A stretch of 64,000 bases of DNA, from assembly GCF_006345805.1 (NCBI RefSeq), contig NC_043010.1, positions 4,588,001 through 4,652,000 on the forward strand, given 5' to 3'. Below are positions 37,691 through 49,864 of this stretch, piece after piece. Made by a program: the position numbers and the translations under genes. Source of the stretch: Octopus sinensis. Lineage: Eukaryota. A model generated the notes under the pieces. That model saw only the letters and a program-made list of their open reading frames with translations. It was not told the DNA's origin and ran no database searches. The first letter of the stretch is position 1; each line of letters opens with the position of its first letter.

Positions 37691-38078
37691 CTTACTTTAA
37701 CATTTGTAATTAAATTTGCATGATAATTATATTTTCACAATAAATGTAATTATATTTAGCATATTTTTGATAATATTTTTTAATGTGCCTTTATTAAATT
37801 ATAATTAATTCAATGTGGCTTTAAAATTTAAGTGAGATGTGCTTTGAAGAAATTTTGCTGCTATTTCTAATGGATCAACTGACTGTATAAAGGTTCTCTT
37901 CCTCTCTTTGGTTTGTGCTTTAATAAAGTGAATTGTGATTTAGCTTTTCCTTCAAAATGATCTGCTAGACAAGGTACTGAATGACAGTATGATTGAGGAT
38001 GTTGTTGATGTTGAAAGTTATTTATTATTTTGTGCTTATTACTTTTAAGTTCTAGATACACATGAGTTTAGCTTACTA

Positions 38079-38644
38079 TTGGGTTGTCCAGAAAGTTTGT
38101 GCCGATTTATAGTAGCTTACCTTTCGACTTATTTTAGAACATGGTTGAGTCCATAAAATAGGATTTGACTACATCTCTATTTAGAGCACAGTTTAAGCTA
38201 TCTTTTCGTGGAAGAAGGTTTATGTTCCTATAACCTGTGTTAATTCTGTAACCCTTTAAAATGGAACATAAGAAGGTTCATTTTCGGCACTTGATACTTT
38301 GGGAACCAGACAAAAATTGCTGCAGCTCGGCTGGGATGTGTTACCCCACCCTCCATATTCACCAGATATTGCTCCTTCAGATTTCCACTTATTCAGGTCT
38401 CTGAAGAATAGTCTTAATGGTAAAAATTTCAATTCCTTGGATAACGTAAAAAGATACTGTGATGAATTCTTTGCCATGAAACCACCTCAATTCTGGGAAG
38501 AGGGTATTTTCAGGTTAAAGGAAAGATGGAGACGCATTGTGCAACAAAATGGTTCATATTTGGTTGATTGGAAATGTAATGGCAAGTATTTATTGACCTT
38601 TTTCTTTCCTTTAAAAATTGGCACGAACTTTCCGGACAACCCAA
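38079..38644 (+). mobile_element. Internally deleted mariner (566 bp) with both TIRs and TA TSDs
   Basis: TA|TTGGGTTGTCCAGAAAGTTTGTGCCGATTT ... AAATTGGCACGAACTTTCCGGACAACCCAA|TA (27/30). N-terminus MEHKKVHFRHL is joined to an open C-terminus (HPPYSPDIAPSDFHLFRSL). Confidence 0.93.
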
Positions 38645-39166
38645 TATATTAACTACATATGTTAGACCCAACTTAACTATGTTCTCCTTGCAAAAAGCAT
38701 CCCAAGGACCTAGGAAATCTACACAAATATTAAACTTATTCATTGAATGAAATAAGTCAAAAAATGGTACTTCATTATTTTTTTTTTCTGACTTTATAGA
38801 TAAATTAAATAATTATGTAATGTGAAATTTTGGCTTTGGTACTTTAATGTTGAGACAAATAATGTGAAGTTGGTGTAGTGTTGTAGTTTAACATGTTAAT
38901 GTTTCTCAAACAAGAGTGGTTTCTGGGTCCAGCTGTTCTGTGTTGCAGTACCTTGCGTGTATGTCTTCTAGTGTAGCTTCAGGTTGACTAATATCTTGTC
39001 TGTGGAATTTGCCTGGAAGGAAACAGTACTGTGCAACTCTTTGCATGTACATATGTATATGTGTGTGTGATTGTGTGATTATAAATATATATATATCTAT
39101 CCATCTATCTATCCATCTACCCATCCATCTATCTATAAAAAATCTTGCACAACAAATATTTAAACG

Positions 39167-39197
<31 letters not shown>

Positions 39198-39596
39198 ACA
39201 CACACATATATGCACACACACATGCATGCACGCACACATACACACACACATAAAAATTTTCAAGATTTGAAAGAATATCAGGTATTTCAATAGTAAAAGC
39301 ACCAAGGTAGAGTCAGGGATAGTACATCTGTGTACCGTGTGTCACCAAAGTCATACAAGGGCGAACTCACAATACACATTCCACCATCAACTGTAGACTT
39401 CAGATCCAAGCATATGGGATATATATATATAAAAATATATATTTGTGTGTGTGTGTGTGTACGTGTGTGTGTGTGTCTGTATGAGTGTGTGTGTGTGAGA
39501 GAGAGTTTGTTTGCATCTCAGCCTGTCTATCTGTCAACTTATCTATCTATCCATCTATTCATCCATCTATCCATCCATCTATCTATCTATCTGTCT

Positions 39597-39600
39597 ATCA

Positions 39601-39690
<90 letters not shown>

Positions 39691-39697
39691 TTATCTT

Positions 39698-39764
<67 letters not shown>
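39597..39764. repeat. (ATCT)n immediately followed by its complement (AGAT)n
   Basis: The switch occurs at 39691-39699. Confidence 0.95.
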
Positions 39765-39765
<1 letters not shown>

Positions 39766-40791
39766 CATACATACATATAAACGAGCATGTAAGCACATAT
39801 ATGTTTATGTATACATACACTCACACACATTTTAATGTACAAACAAGAAATAAAATTACAAAATTACTCAAGATTATCGCTGCATTGACACTAGTAGGCA
39901 GTTTCATGTTACCAATATTCACACAATGAAGAAAATAAACTGACATGATATTTTCAAACCAGTATATTTAGAATTTGCTTTAGATGTTGATATAACAGTC
40001 GAAATGAATATGAGATGTAGTGGCAATCATCATCAGTGGGAAAGAAATTAAACAAAACTATTACAAAGTTAATATGATGAGATATTAAAATTAAAAAATT
40101 TAACTCTGAATATTTGTACATTTATATACTTGCAAAAAGGATAAACACATACCAGTAGACATATATGCACATTATGCATATACACAATATGCATGCATAG
40201 ATACATACATACATACATACATATATACATACATACATACATACATGCATACAAGCATATGTATATATACATATATACATATATAGTGTCAGTGGAAAAT
40301 TTCCCATGGGTTCATAGCATATTAGTAACACAAAGCGAAGTGTAGGTTACCATTCTTGATGTAGTGAGCCTTAAATAATTATTTTTTGTAATTAATTGAA
40401 ATTCCAACCCTAATGAGAAAAATAATTCATTAGCATTAATTAATTTTTATTCTCAAAGGGGGACAACAGAGAATCTAAAAAATTTTAATGAAAAAAAAAA
40501 CTTCATTTTAATTATTTAAATTCTTATTTAATGAAAGTTTTACGTGTAAAATATTCCTTCTGTCTGGAAGTCCAAGTTTCTGGCAACCATGAGTGGACTG
40601 TGGTTAACTTATAGAGGTTTAAAAAGACTGAAACATGTCTAAAGTTCTCACACTGACTGCTGAAGATCAGACTTATTGCCCCACTCCACTTCCATCTTTG
40701 TATATTTCCACACAAATTGAAGAGATGAAAATTATGTTTACCAATGTGAATGTGTGTGTGACTGTATATATATATATATAGATATATATAT

Positions 40792-41220
40792 ATTCTTTTA
40801 TTCTTTTATTCTTTTACTTGTTTCAGTCATTTGACTGCAGCCATGCTGGAGCACTGCCTTTAATCGAGCAACTCGACCCCGGGACTTATTCTTTTGTAAG
40901 CCCAGTACTTATTCTATCGGTCTCTTTTGCCGAACCGCTAAGTAACGGGGACATAAACACACCAGCATCAGTTGTCAAGCAATGCTAGGGGGACAAACAC
41001 AGACACACAAACACACACACGCACACACATATATATATATATATACATATATATGACTGGCTTCTTTTCAGTTTCCGTCTACCAAATCCACTCACAAGGC
41101 ATTGGTCGGCCCGGGGCTATAGCAGAAGACACTTGCCCAAGATGCCACGCAGTGGGACTGAACCCGGAACCATGTGGTTGGTAAGCAAGCTACTTACCAC
41201 ACAGCCACTCCTGCGCCTAT
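40792..41220 (-). mobile_element. SINE family A, full length, young
   Basis: Complete structure with CpGs retained. Confidence 0.92.
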
Positions 41221-41238
41221 ATATATATATTATATATA

Positions 41239-41285
<47 letters not shown>

Positions 41286-41329
41286 ATATTATATATATAT
41301 ATATATATATATCTTCATCATTATCATCA

Positions 41330-41820
41330 TTTGATATCTGTTCTCCATGCTGACAAGAGTTAAACACTTTGACAAGAGTTGACCAGCCAAAGAGCTGCCT
41401 GGGCACCAATTGTCTGTTTTGGCACTGTTTCTATGGCTGGATGCCCTTTCCTAATGTCAAACACTGGGTGCTTTAAACGTGACACTGCCTTGAGCCCTTT
41501 TATGTGACTCTTGTACAGGGGCTTTTGCATGACACCAGCATGTGTACTTTAATGTGACACTGGCACAGGCGTTTTTATGTGGAACCAGCATGGGCACTTC
41601 TATGTGACACTGACATGGGTACTTTTACTCTGCATGAACACCAATGAGCCCACAAGACTAGGATCCCTTAGCTGAGAGATGGGTGTATGCCTTTATGCAT
41701 GGATGGCCACAGTTTTTCTTAGCTGGTCATGTCTTCTGAGGCACAACAAACTGCCAGAAGTCTCAGTCCCTTGTCATCTCCTCTGTGAGGTCCAATGTCT
41801 GAAGATCCTTTCTCATCATT
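41330..41820 (-). mobile_element. RTE-clade LINE 3' end (ORF end plus 3' UTR)
   Basis: Minus translation MRKDLQTLDLTEEMTRD*DFWQFVV resembles RTE C-termini. The UTR ends in a family-C-like AGGAAAGGGCATCCAGCC...(GAT)n. Confidence 0.6.
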
Positions 41821-41880
41821 AAAATTTTATATCAGAATATTATGTTAATTTATGCTACAAACATCTGTTTAATAATAACA

Positions 41881-42651
41881 TACGAGGAGATACCCAAAAG
41901 TAACCAGAAACATTCTCTGTGGGACAAGCCCATTGTAGTTCAGGTTTCTGCTGCTAGAAGCCACTTGATGTGACCCTCAAACTGCCATCATCAAATGAAA
42001 TCATACTGCCATGTGGAGCATCTTTGTTTTGCAATGCTTCTCCTGTGTTTGTCAATTTTTTTGATGGCTGAAACAAAGGAACAGCATGCTGCCATGAAAT
42101 TCTGTCTTCCACTGGGGAAAGCAGTGGCCAAAACAATTGTCATGCTTCAGACAAGGATGCTGTGCCATGAGCAAAACACAAGATTATGAGAAGTTTTCAG
42201 ACTTTAGGAATGGTCACTTGTCGCTTGAAGACCAACCTTGTTCAGGGCGTCCATCAAACCCTGCCCCCAAACGAAAGAAAACATCAGGAAAATTCATGAA
42301 GTGATCTTGGAGGACCATCACTGAACAATTGAAGAATTTGCTGATATGACTGGTGTGTCCTGGAGCACTTGCCAAAGAAATTTGAGCAAGGAATTGTGAA
42401 GGAAAAGAGTTGGAGCAAAATCTGTGCCTTGCTTCTTCATGGAAGATCAAAAGCAGTCATGACTGAATGGATATTGTGAACTGAAAGAACAGCTGGAAGT
42501 TGATCTGGACCTTTTTTCAAAGGTCACCACTGGCGACAAAAGCTAGCGCTATGGAATTTGCAGATGTGGAAAAGGTGAAGAAAAAAAACAACAGAGGCAT
42601 TAAAAGGTATCACTTTGCAAGAGTTCCAACACTGCTCTGAACAGTGGAAAA
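41881..42651 (+). pseudogene. Second mariner family, internally deleted remnant
   Basis: 5' TACGAGGAGATACCCAAAAGT; MAETKEQHAAMKFC, LEDQPCSGRPS, AKSVP and TTGDKS, then a jump near 42553 to FADVEKVKKKTTEALKGI. Confidence 0.82.
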
Positions 42652-43595
42652 TTTGAATTTATTGTTTCTCATGGAAGTCGAGATAAAGATAGATAGTTTA
42701 GCATCCTTTTGAGAAAGCCTGTGATTTTGTGGTTTGGTATCTGTACTTTGTCATAAAACTGTAGAATGAGTCCCAATCCAAGGGTCATGAGCAAGCATTT
42801 TATTTCACATCACTCCAATCCATTCAGTTAGCCGATATGAATATTAAAACTCTTGGACAGTCCAGAAAGCATCAAGTCAGTGTGACAGTGTTAATGAGTC
42901 AATGGTAGGACAAAAATCTTCAGGCTTGAAGAAGGATATATTTATCAATGAACTGCTATATATCTTTGTTCTTCACCTTAACAACCTTTGGTAAGTCACA
43001 ATCTTGCACCTTAAAGCATTTAGACTTTTGCAATGATATCATCTGATCTGGAAATACACTAACATTAATTCCTTTCGATTTCAGGGTTGTCTCCCTTGCC
43101 TTTCTTAACCAGAATTAGTCATTTTAAAATTTAACTTTTTCCTTCTACACTGGGAATATAATTTTAATTAATTAAAATCTCATTCTTCATGTTATTAAAT
43201 ATGTGAGCATCTGTTTTATCATTGATACCTTTTATTATTTTTAAAAAATGGGTGCATACATATTTGATTGTAGTCTTATATACTGCAAAGGTTGCTTGAT
43301 CTGCTAGAAATAGCAACCAAATCTTCAAATAACACTATTGCTAATGTAGTCCACAATACTGTAAAGTTTCTCAACCTGCAAGAAGCAGCAGCTAAATCTT
43401 CTTCAATAACATTATGTTATCTGCAGAGGAAACAAAAGGAGAGGATATATTTCATAATCAAGTTCTACTTACCCTTAAAAAGACAAATTTGTAACAATTG
43501 CGATAATTTAATTATAAGGTTTACTAATCTGGACTGACCTAGGGCTAAACAAAAACAACAACAACAACTATTGTGAGAATACTGACTGAATATTA

Positions 43596-43821
43596 TTTAC
43601 TCTTTTACTCTTTTACTTGTTTCAGTCATTTGACTGTGGCCATGCTGGAGCACCGCCTTTTAGTCGAGCAAATCGACCGCAGGACTTATTCTTTGTAAGC
43701 CCAGTACTTATTCTATCGGTCTCTTTTGCCGAACTGCTAAGTTACGGGAACGTAAACACACCAGCATCGGTTGTCAAGCGATGTTGGGGGTACAAACACA
43801 GACAGACAAACGTATAGACAC

Positions 43822-43868
<47 letters not shown>

Positions 43869-44035
43869 TACGACGGGAATTTTTCAGTTTCCATCTACCA
43901 AATCCACTCACAAGGTTTTGGTCGGCCTGAGGCTATAGTAGAAGACACTTGCCCAAGGTGCCATGCAGTGGGACTGAACCTGGAACTATGTGGTTCGTAA
44001 GCAAGCTACTTACCACACAGCCACTCCTACGCCTA
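43596..44035 (-). mobile_element. SINE family A, full length
   Basis: Complete reverse-complement structure. Confidence 0.92.
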
Positions 44036-44191
44036 TTTATCAGGTAAAATAATACTGGAGAAGTTTTTATCTTAAGCTCAGCCTCAACCCTTTAGTATTC
44101 ATATTATTCCATCAAATGTAATGCTTATTTATTGACATTGTTTTGAATTAATCATGCATTATTTCATAGCTTTGAGATTTCAATGGTTTAA

Positions 44192-44408
44192 CCCTTTTGT
44201 TACCGTATTTATTTTGAGATGCTCTGTGTTTCTTTTAATTAATCTTAAATATAACAAAGAATTTAGTAAAATAACTTAGTTATCATCAAGCTAGTATTAG
44301 GAACATAAATTGTGACTAAGGTTTGGTGGAAGATTTTAAGTCAAAACTTATGTAAACAAGACATTTGTATTCAGAGCCAGAGCCAGTTTCAGTCGGGTAA
44401 TGAAAGGG
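44192..44408. mobile_element. piggyBac-like MITE (217 bp)
   Basis: TTAA|CCCTTTTGTTACC ... GGTAATGAAAGGG|TTAA; 13-bp TIR 11/13; TTAA TSD at 44188-44191 and 44409-44412. Confidence 0.78.
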
Positions 44409-45255
44409 TTAATATGTTTATCTTTTTTCCTTATTCGAGATAGTTTTAGCCATCATTACCAAAACCATGTTGGAAAATTGCCTGCATCAGTGAGTGTGAT
44501 TTGAGAGAGACTAGGTAGCTATTTCTACCAAGCTGAACGAAAACATAAAGGCTCAAACAGTAGCACATTCCTATACCATTTTAAACCACTGGAGATATCT
44601 AAGATGCATCATTAATGAAATGAAATGAAGTACTTTGAACCAAACAAAATTAAGGAAGCCAGATGTCTTTATGTGTAATAGCACCAAAGGAGATGGTGAT
44701 GATGATGCTGGTTGTGGTGTTGGCGGTGTTGGTATTTTCCAATCTTCATTGTCTTCTTTGCAGTTAAATCAGTTTGAATCATTAGAAATATTAGGAAGTA
44801 ACATATGTACTAAGGAGGATATTTAAAGTTAAAAGTTGTCCACAAGAAGTGTAAGGAGCATAGCAGCTATTCTTTGTGGAAAGAAATAGCTTTTGTGTTG
44901 TGTGATTGTTCAACATTGCTATGTTGTCATGCCATTGTTGGAGAAAACAGTGACAGTCTATACAACAATGTAAGAAGTGGATGACAGATTATAGCTTCTG
45001 ATGTAAGAATGATTACAAGTGTAATTGAATTATGCTTGGAAAAGAATCCTTTACTTGCAAGTATGAGGCTTATGGTTACATATTTTCTTAGTTCTTGTTA
45101 ATTGTCAGAGCAAAGAGAAAAGAAGAGAATGAAGAACTTGATGAATATGGACTAATTCAAAAGTGCATTATTTGAAGTTCGTTGATAGTGTTGTAATGTA
45201 TAACACAATTGCTTACAAGATCAATACTTGTTCATATATATATATATATATAATA

Positions 45256-45331
<76 letters not shown>

Positions 45332-45990
45332 GTATGTATATGTATATGTATATCTATATCTATATATATATATATATGTATATGTATGTTAATAAATAAA
45401 ATAATATATAAATTAAAAATATACATACATACATACATATATGTATATTTGTATATATATATATAAAATTTATTAGTTTAATTATTTAAATAATTTTTTA
45501 TTTTTAACATTTTTATATTTTAAATCAATTTTATGTATTGGCTTATGTTTTTCACTGTTTGATTTGCCTAATAGTGGTTTTATCTCTAATTTAATATAAT
45601 ATATAATATAATATATTTATACTATAAAATTGGATTTAATCCTAAATCTAATTTTTCCCTGTAAGTTTGGATTTATTCCCTAATATTATTATATTATTAT
45701 ATATATATATATTATATATATATATATTATATATATATAATATATGTATATGGATGTATAGTGTATATATATGTATGTATGTGTGTGTGTGAAGATTCTG
45801 TTTTTGTTTGAAGACTCCACCAGAGTGGACGCCAGCGCTAATATATGATTTATAAAAACATGTGACATATTAATAAATATCTGTAAATATAAAACCATCC
45901 AGATTTCTGAGTACCTTATTTCTTCTAATATATAATACCTGTACATCATCACCAAACCTTCTAATATATGTATGTATGTATGTATATACT

Positions 45991-46190
45991 GTTACTGGAT
46001 TTAAGGGTATCATGAAAGGCCTGGTTGGAGGCCCAACCTTCTGGGTTCTTTTACAGGGCTTAGAAAAACTGAAGGACCACTGCAATAAGTGTTTGAATCT
46101 GAGAGGGGAATATGTTGAACAAAATCATAATTAACTGACCCCCTTGTAATTTCTTTTACCCAAACCCAGGAACTTTTCAGTACCCTTCAT
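45991..46190 (+). mobile_element. mariner-derived MITE, 5'-truncated copy
   Basis: Paralog of 59711-59930. Encodes GLEKLKDHCNKCLNLRGEYVE (transposase C-terminus) and ends in the TIR AACTTTTCAGTACCCTTCAT. Confidence 0.75.
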
Positions 46191-46425
46191 GTCTGTGTGT
46201 GTGTGTGATTATATATGTCTGTGTGTCTTTGTGTTTGTTCCCAAACATTACTTGACAACCGGTGTTGGTGTGTTTATGACACTGTAACTTAGCAGTTTGA
46301 CAAAATAGAAAAAATAGAATAAGTACAAAACTTTAAAAAAAAGTAAGTTCTGGGGTCATGAACACAGTCTAATGACTGAAACCAATAAAAGATAAAAGAT
46401 AAATAACTATCTATCTATCTATATA

Positions 46426-46471
<46 letters not shown>

Positions 46472-46474
<3 letters not shown>

Positions 46475-46898
46475 TTTTATTCTTTTACTTGTTTCAACTA
46501 TTTGACAGCAGCCATACTGGAGCACCACCTTAGTTGAGCAAATTGACCCCAGAAGTTATTCTTTGTAAGCCTAGTACTTATTCTATTGGTCTCTTTTGCT
46601 AAACTGCTAAGTTACAGGGATGCAAACACACCAGGATCAGTTTTCAAGTGATGTTGGGGGAACAAACACAGACACACAAACATATACATATGCATACATA
46701 CATATACACACACATATATATATATATATATATACGACAGGCTTCTTTCAGTTTCCATCTACCAAACCCACTTGCAAGGGTTTGATTGGCCTGAGGCTAT
46801 AGTAAAAGACACTTGCCCAAGGTGCCATGCAGTGGGACTGAACCCAGAACCATGTAGCTGGTAAGCAAGTTAATTACCACACAGCCACTCCTGTGTCT
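46472..46898 (-). mobile_element. SINE family A, full length (a further partial copy follows at 46905-47110)
   Basis: Complete reverse-complement structure. Confidence 0.9.
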
Positions 46899-47127
46899 AT
46901 ATATTCTTTTACTCTTTTACTTGTTTCAGTTATTTGACTGTGACCATGCTGGAGCACCACCTTAAGGGGTGTTAGTCAAACAAATTGACTTGTTCTTTGT
47001 AAGTCTAGGACTGATTCTACCTGTCTCTTTTGCTGAACGTTACGGGGATGTAAGCACACCAACTCAGTTGTCAGGCGATGGGGAACACAAACACAACACA
47101 CAAATATATACTTACATACATAAATAC

Positions 47128-47173
<46 letters not shown>

Positions 47174-47212
47174 TAATAATAATAATGATAATAATAATAA
47201 TAAATAATAATA

Positions 47213-47244
<32 letters not shown>

Positions 47245-47263
47245 TAATAATAATATAATGATG

Positions 47264-47304
<41 letters not shown>

Positions 47305-47336
47305 CTAATAAAATAATAATAATAATAATGATGATG

Positions 47337-47384
<48 letters not shown>

Positions 47385-47424
47385 TAATAATAATAATAAT
47401 GATAATAATAATAATAATAATATA

Positions 47425-47560
47425 ATAAACAACCAAATATATGGCACACTAGGCATAACAACAACGTGAACTTCCAACCTGTTGTCTCTTGAGGTCTCCG
47501 GGTGAGACTTGGAGCCAACTTGTACAAATATAAAGCAAAAGTCAAACATATAATAATAAT
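47425..47560 (+). mobile_element. 3' UTR-type LINE fragment embedded in (AAT)n
   Basis: GAGGTCTCCGGGTGAGACTTGGAGCCAACTTGTACAAATATAAAGCAAAAG; inverted paralog at 56820-56935, also beside (TAT)n. An R4/Dong-like origin is inference. Confidence 0.55.
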
Positions 47561-47675
47561 AATAATAGTAGGGAATATAATTCCAAAACTTACAGGGAAG
47601 AATTCAATTTAGCAATTCTAAATCAGATTTCACAATATATAATGATGATGATGATGATGATGAAGATAATATATG

Positions 47676-48077
47676 TATATAATTTAGAGAAAAGCCTCTA
47701 TTAAACAATTCACTAATGAAAGATGTTATTCACACCATATAGAAAACATATGCTATTAAAAAATGTATTCTAAAAATCAATAAAGTACAAAAACAATAAA
47801 TAGTAAATAGTAGTAAAAAGACTACGTTCATTTCGTGGCTATATTTTTCAAATAGATAATAATAATAATAAAATCAATTCGATTTAGAATTAAATCAGTC
47901 TAAAATTAAATCTATTTAAAAATATAGTCCCTCATCAGGTCTAAAATAATAATAATAATAAAAATAATAATGATAATAATAATAATAATAATGATAATAA
48001 TAATAAGGAGTTGGGAAAACACTCCGCAAGAAATGGAAGCAAATTTGAAAGAAGAAAAAAAAAGTATAATAATAATA

Positions 48078-48117
<40 letters not shown>

Positions 48118-48401
48118 GAATAAATGTACTTATCTTAACTTATACAAATCATCAAATAAAAATAGAAAAATACGTGCATTAATTATAAATAATTGAAAAA
48201 CATTTAACATATTTCTAAAAATAAAAACAGATCTTATCGAAGGATTTCTGTTAACTCTTTTTACTACTATTTACTATTTATTGTTTTTGTACTTTATTGA
48301 TTTTTAGAATACATTTTTTAATAGCATATGTTTTCTATATGGTGTGAATAACATCTTTCATTATTGAATTGTTTGATAGATGTTTTTCTCTAAATTATAT
48401 A
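47676..48401 (-). mobile_element. PLE-type element with a hammerhead and an inverted terminal duplication
   Basis: Arms 47676-47821 and 48256-48401 are reverse complements with 4 mismatches. The hammerhead lies between them. Confidence 0.7.
47819..47942 (-). ncRNA. Type I hammerhead ribozyme motif with a long stem II
   Basis: AGAC-CUGAUGA-GGGACUAUAUUUUUAAAUAGAU...AUCUAUUUGAAAAAUAUAGCCAC-GAAA-UG-AA-CG-UA-GUCU. All core nucleotides present; cleavage triplet GUA. Confidence 0.72.
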
Positions 48402-48464
48402 TATATATATATATATATACACATACATATATATATATATACATACATATATATGTATGTATAT

Positions 48465-48510
<46 letters not shown>

Positions 48511-48535
48511 CATATATATATTATATATATATATA

Positions 48536-48576
<41 letters not shown>

Positions 48577-48762
48577 TTCAACAATATAAGGAATGGCCAT
48601 ATAGGACATTCGACTCACTAGAAAGAGCAGCCAACTCAAACCGCTAAATAGTTGTAATTCTGAAATAGAAAGAGAAATAAAAACGTTTACCCCTTTCATC
48701 TCTGGACTATGCATAGTTTCGGCAAACTTAGGCAAATAAATTAATTAAATTAAATTAAATTC

Positions 48763-48874
<112 letters not shown>

Positions 48875-49023
48875 GGTTAGGTCATATTCTGTTAAGAACA
48901 TACTAAAGTACAGAATAAAGCTCGTCCAGGTATCAGATTTCACCCAGTGCTATCCAGATTTGCATTGAGGCTTCTGTAGAGTGTGAATGGATAATTGAAG
49001 ACGACGATGTCAACAAGGAGTAC

Positions 49024-49417
49024 AGAGGAACATTTGTTTGTAATCACTACAATTGTTTCCATGCAATGTAGTTCTCCAGGTTCATGGGTATTTGGTTATG
49101 TAACCATTTCCCTGCATTATGAAATCGTTTGTTTTGTCAGGTGATATATGACTATTGTTTCTGTGATTCTTAAACTCAAATTTTCGGTTTCAGTTACATC
49201 GTTTCTGTTTCTGTCATGGCTATATGACAGAGACAGAAAGAATATGGTCGAAGCTGAAAATATGAGTTTATGAAACAGAGAAATAAGATTTATATATCAC
49301 CTGATGAAACAAAAGATCTCACAATGCAGGGAAATGGTTACACAACCAAATACTTGCAAACCTGGAGAAGTACATTGCATGGAAACAATCGTAGTGATTA
49401 CAAATAAACGTTCCTTT
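49024..49417. repeat. 394-nt foldback palindrome
   Basis: The outer ~125 bp of each arm match at about 87%, and pairing continues imperfectly to a 4-nt apex at 49219-49222. Confidence 0.92.
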
Positions 49418-49618
49418 GGCACCTGTGCGGGTGACACGTAAAAAGCACCCACTACACTCACAGAGTGGTTGGCGTTAGGAAGGGCATCCAGCCGTAGAAA
49501 CACTGCCAGATCAGACTGGACCTGATGCAGCCTTCTGGCTTCACAGACCCCAGTTGAACCGTCCAACCCATGCTAGCATGGAAAGCGGACGCTAAATGAT
49601 GATGATGATGATGATGAT
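49418..49618 (+). mobile_element. RTE-tail-type short element, family C
   Basis: Family C motifs; abuts the palindrome. Confidence 0.88.
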
Positions 49619-49814
49619 ATATATATGACAGACTTCTTTCAGTTTCTGTCTACCAAATCCTCTCACAAGGCTTTAGTTGGCCTGAGGCTACAGTTGAAGA
49701 CACTTGTTGAAGGTGCCATGCAGTGGAACTGAACCTACGCCCATGTGGTTGGGAAGCAAGTTTCTTATGTACATATTCATATAATATATATTCATGTGTG
49801 TGTGTGCGTGTATG

Positions 49815-49864
<50 letters not shown>

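Noticed and set aside
45815-45840. CCACCAGAGTGGACGCC as a second CTCF site
   Set aside because: Needs insertions to fit the core.
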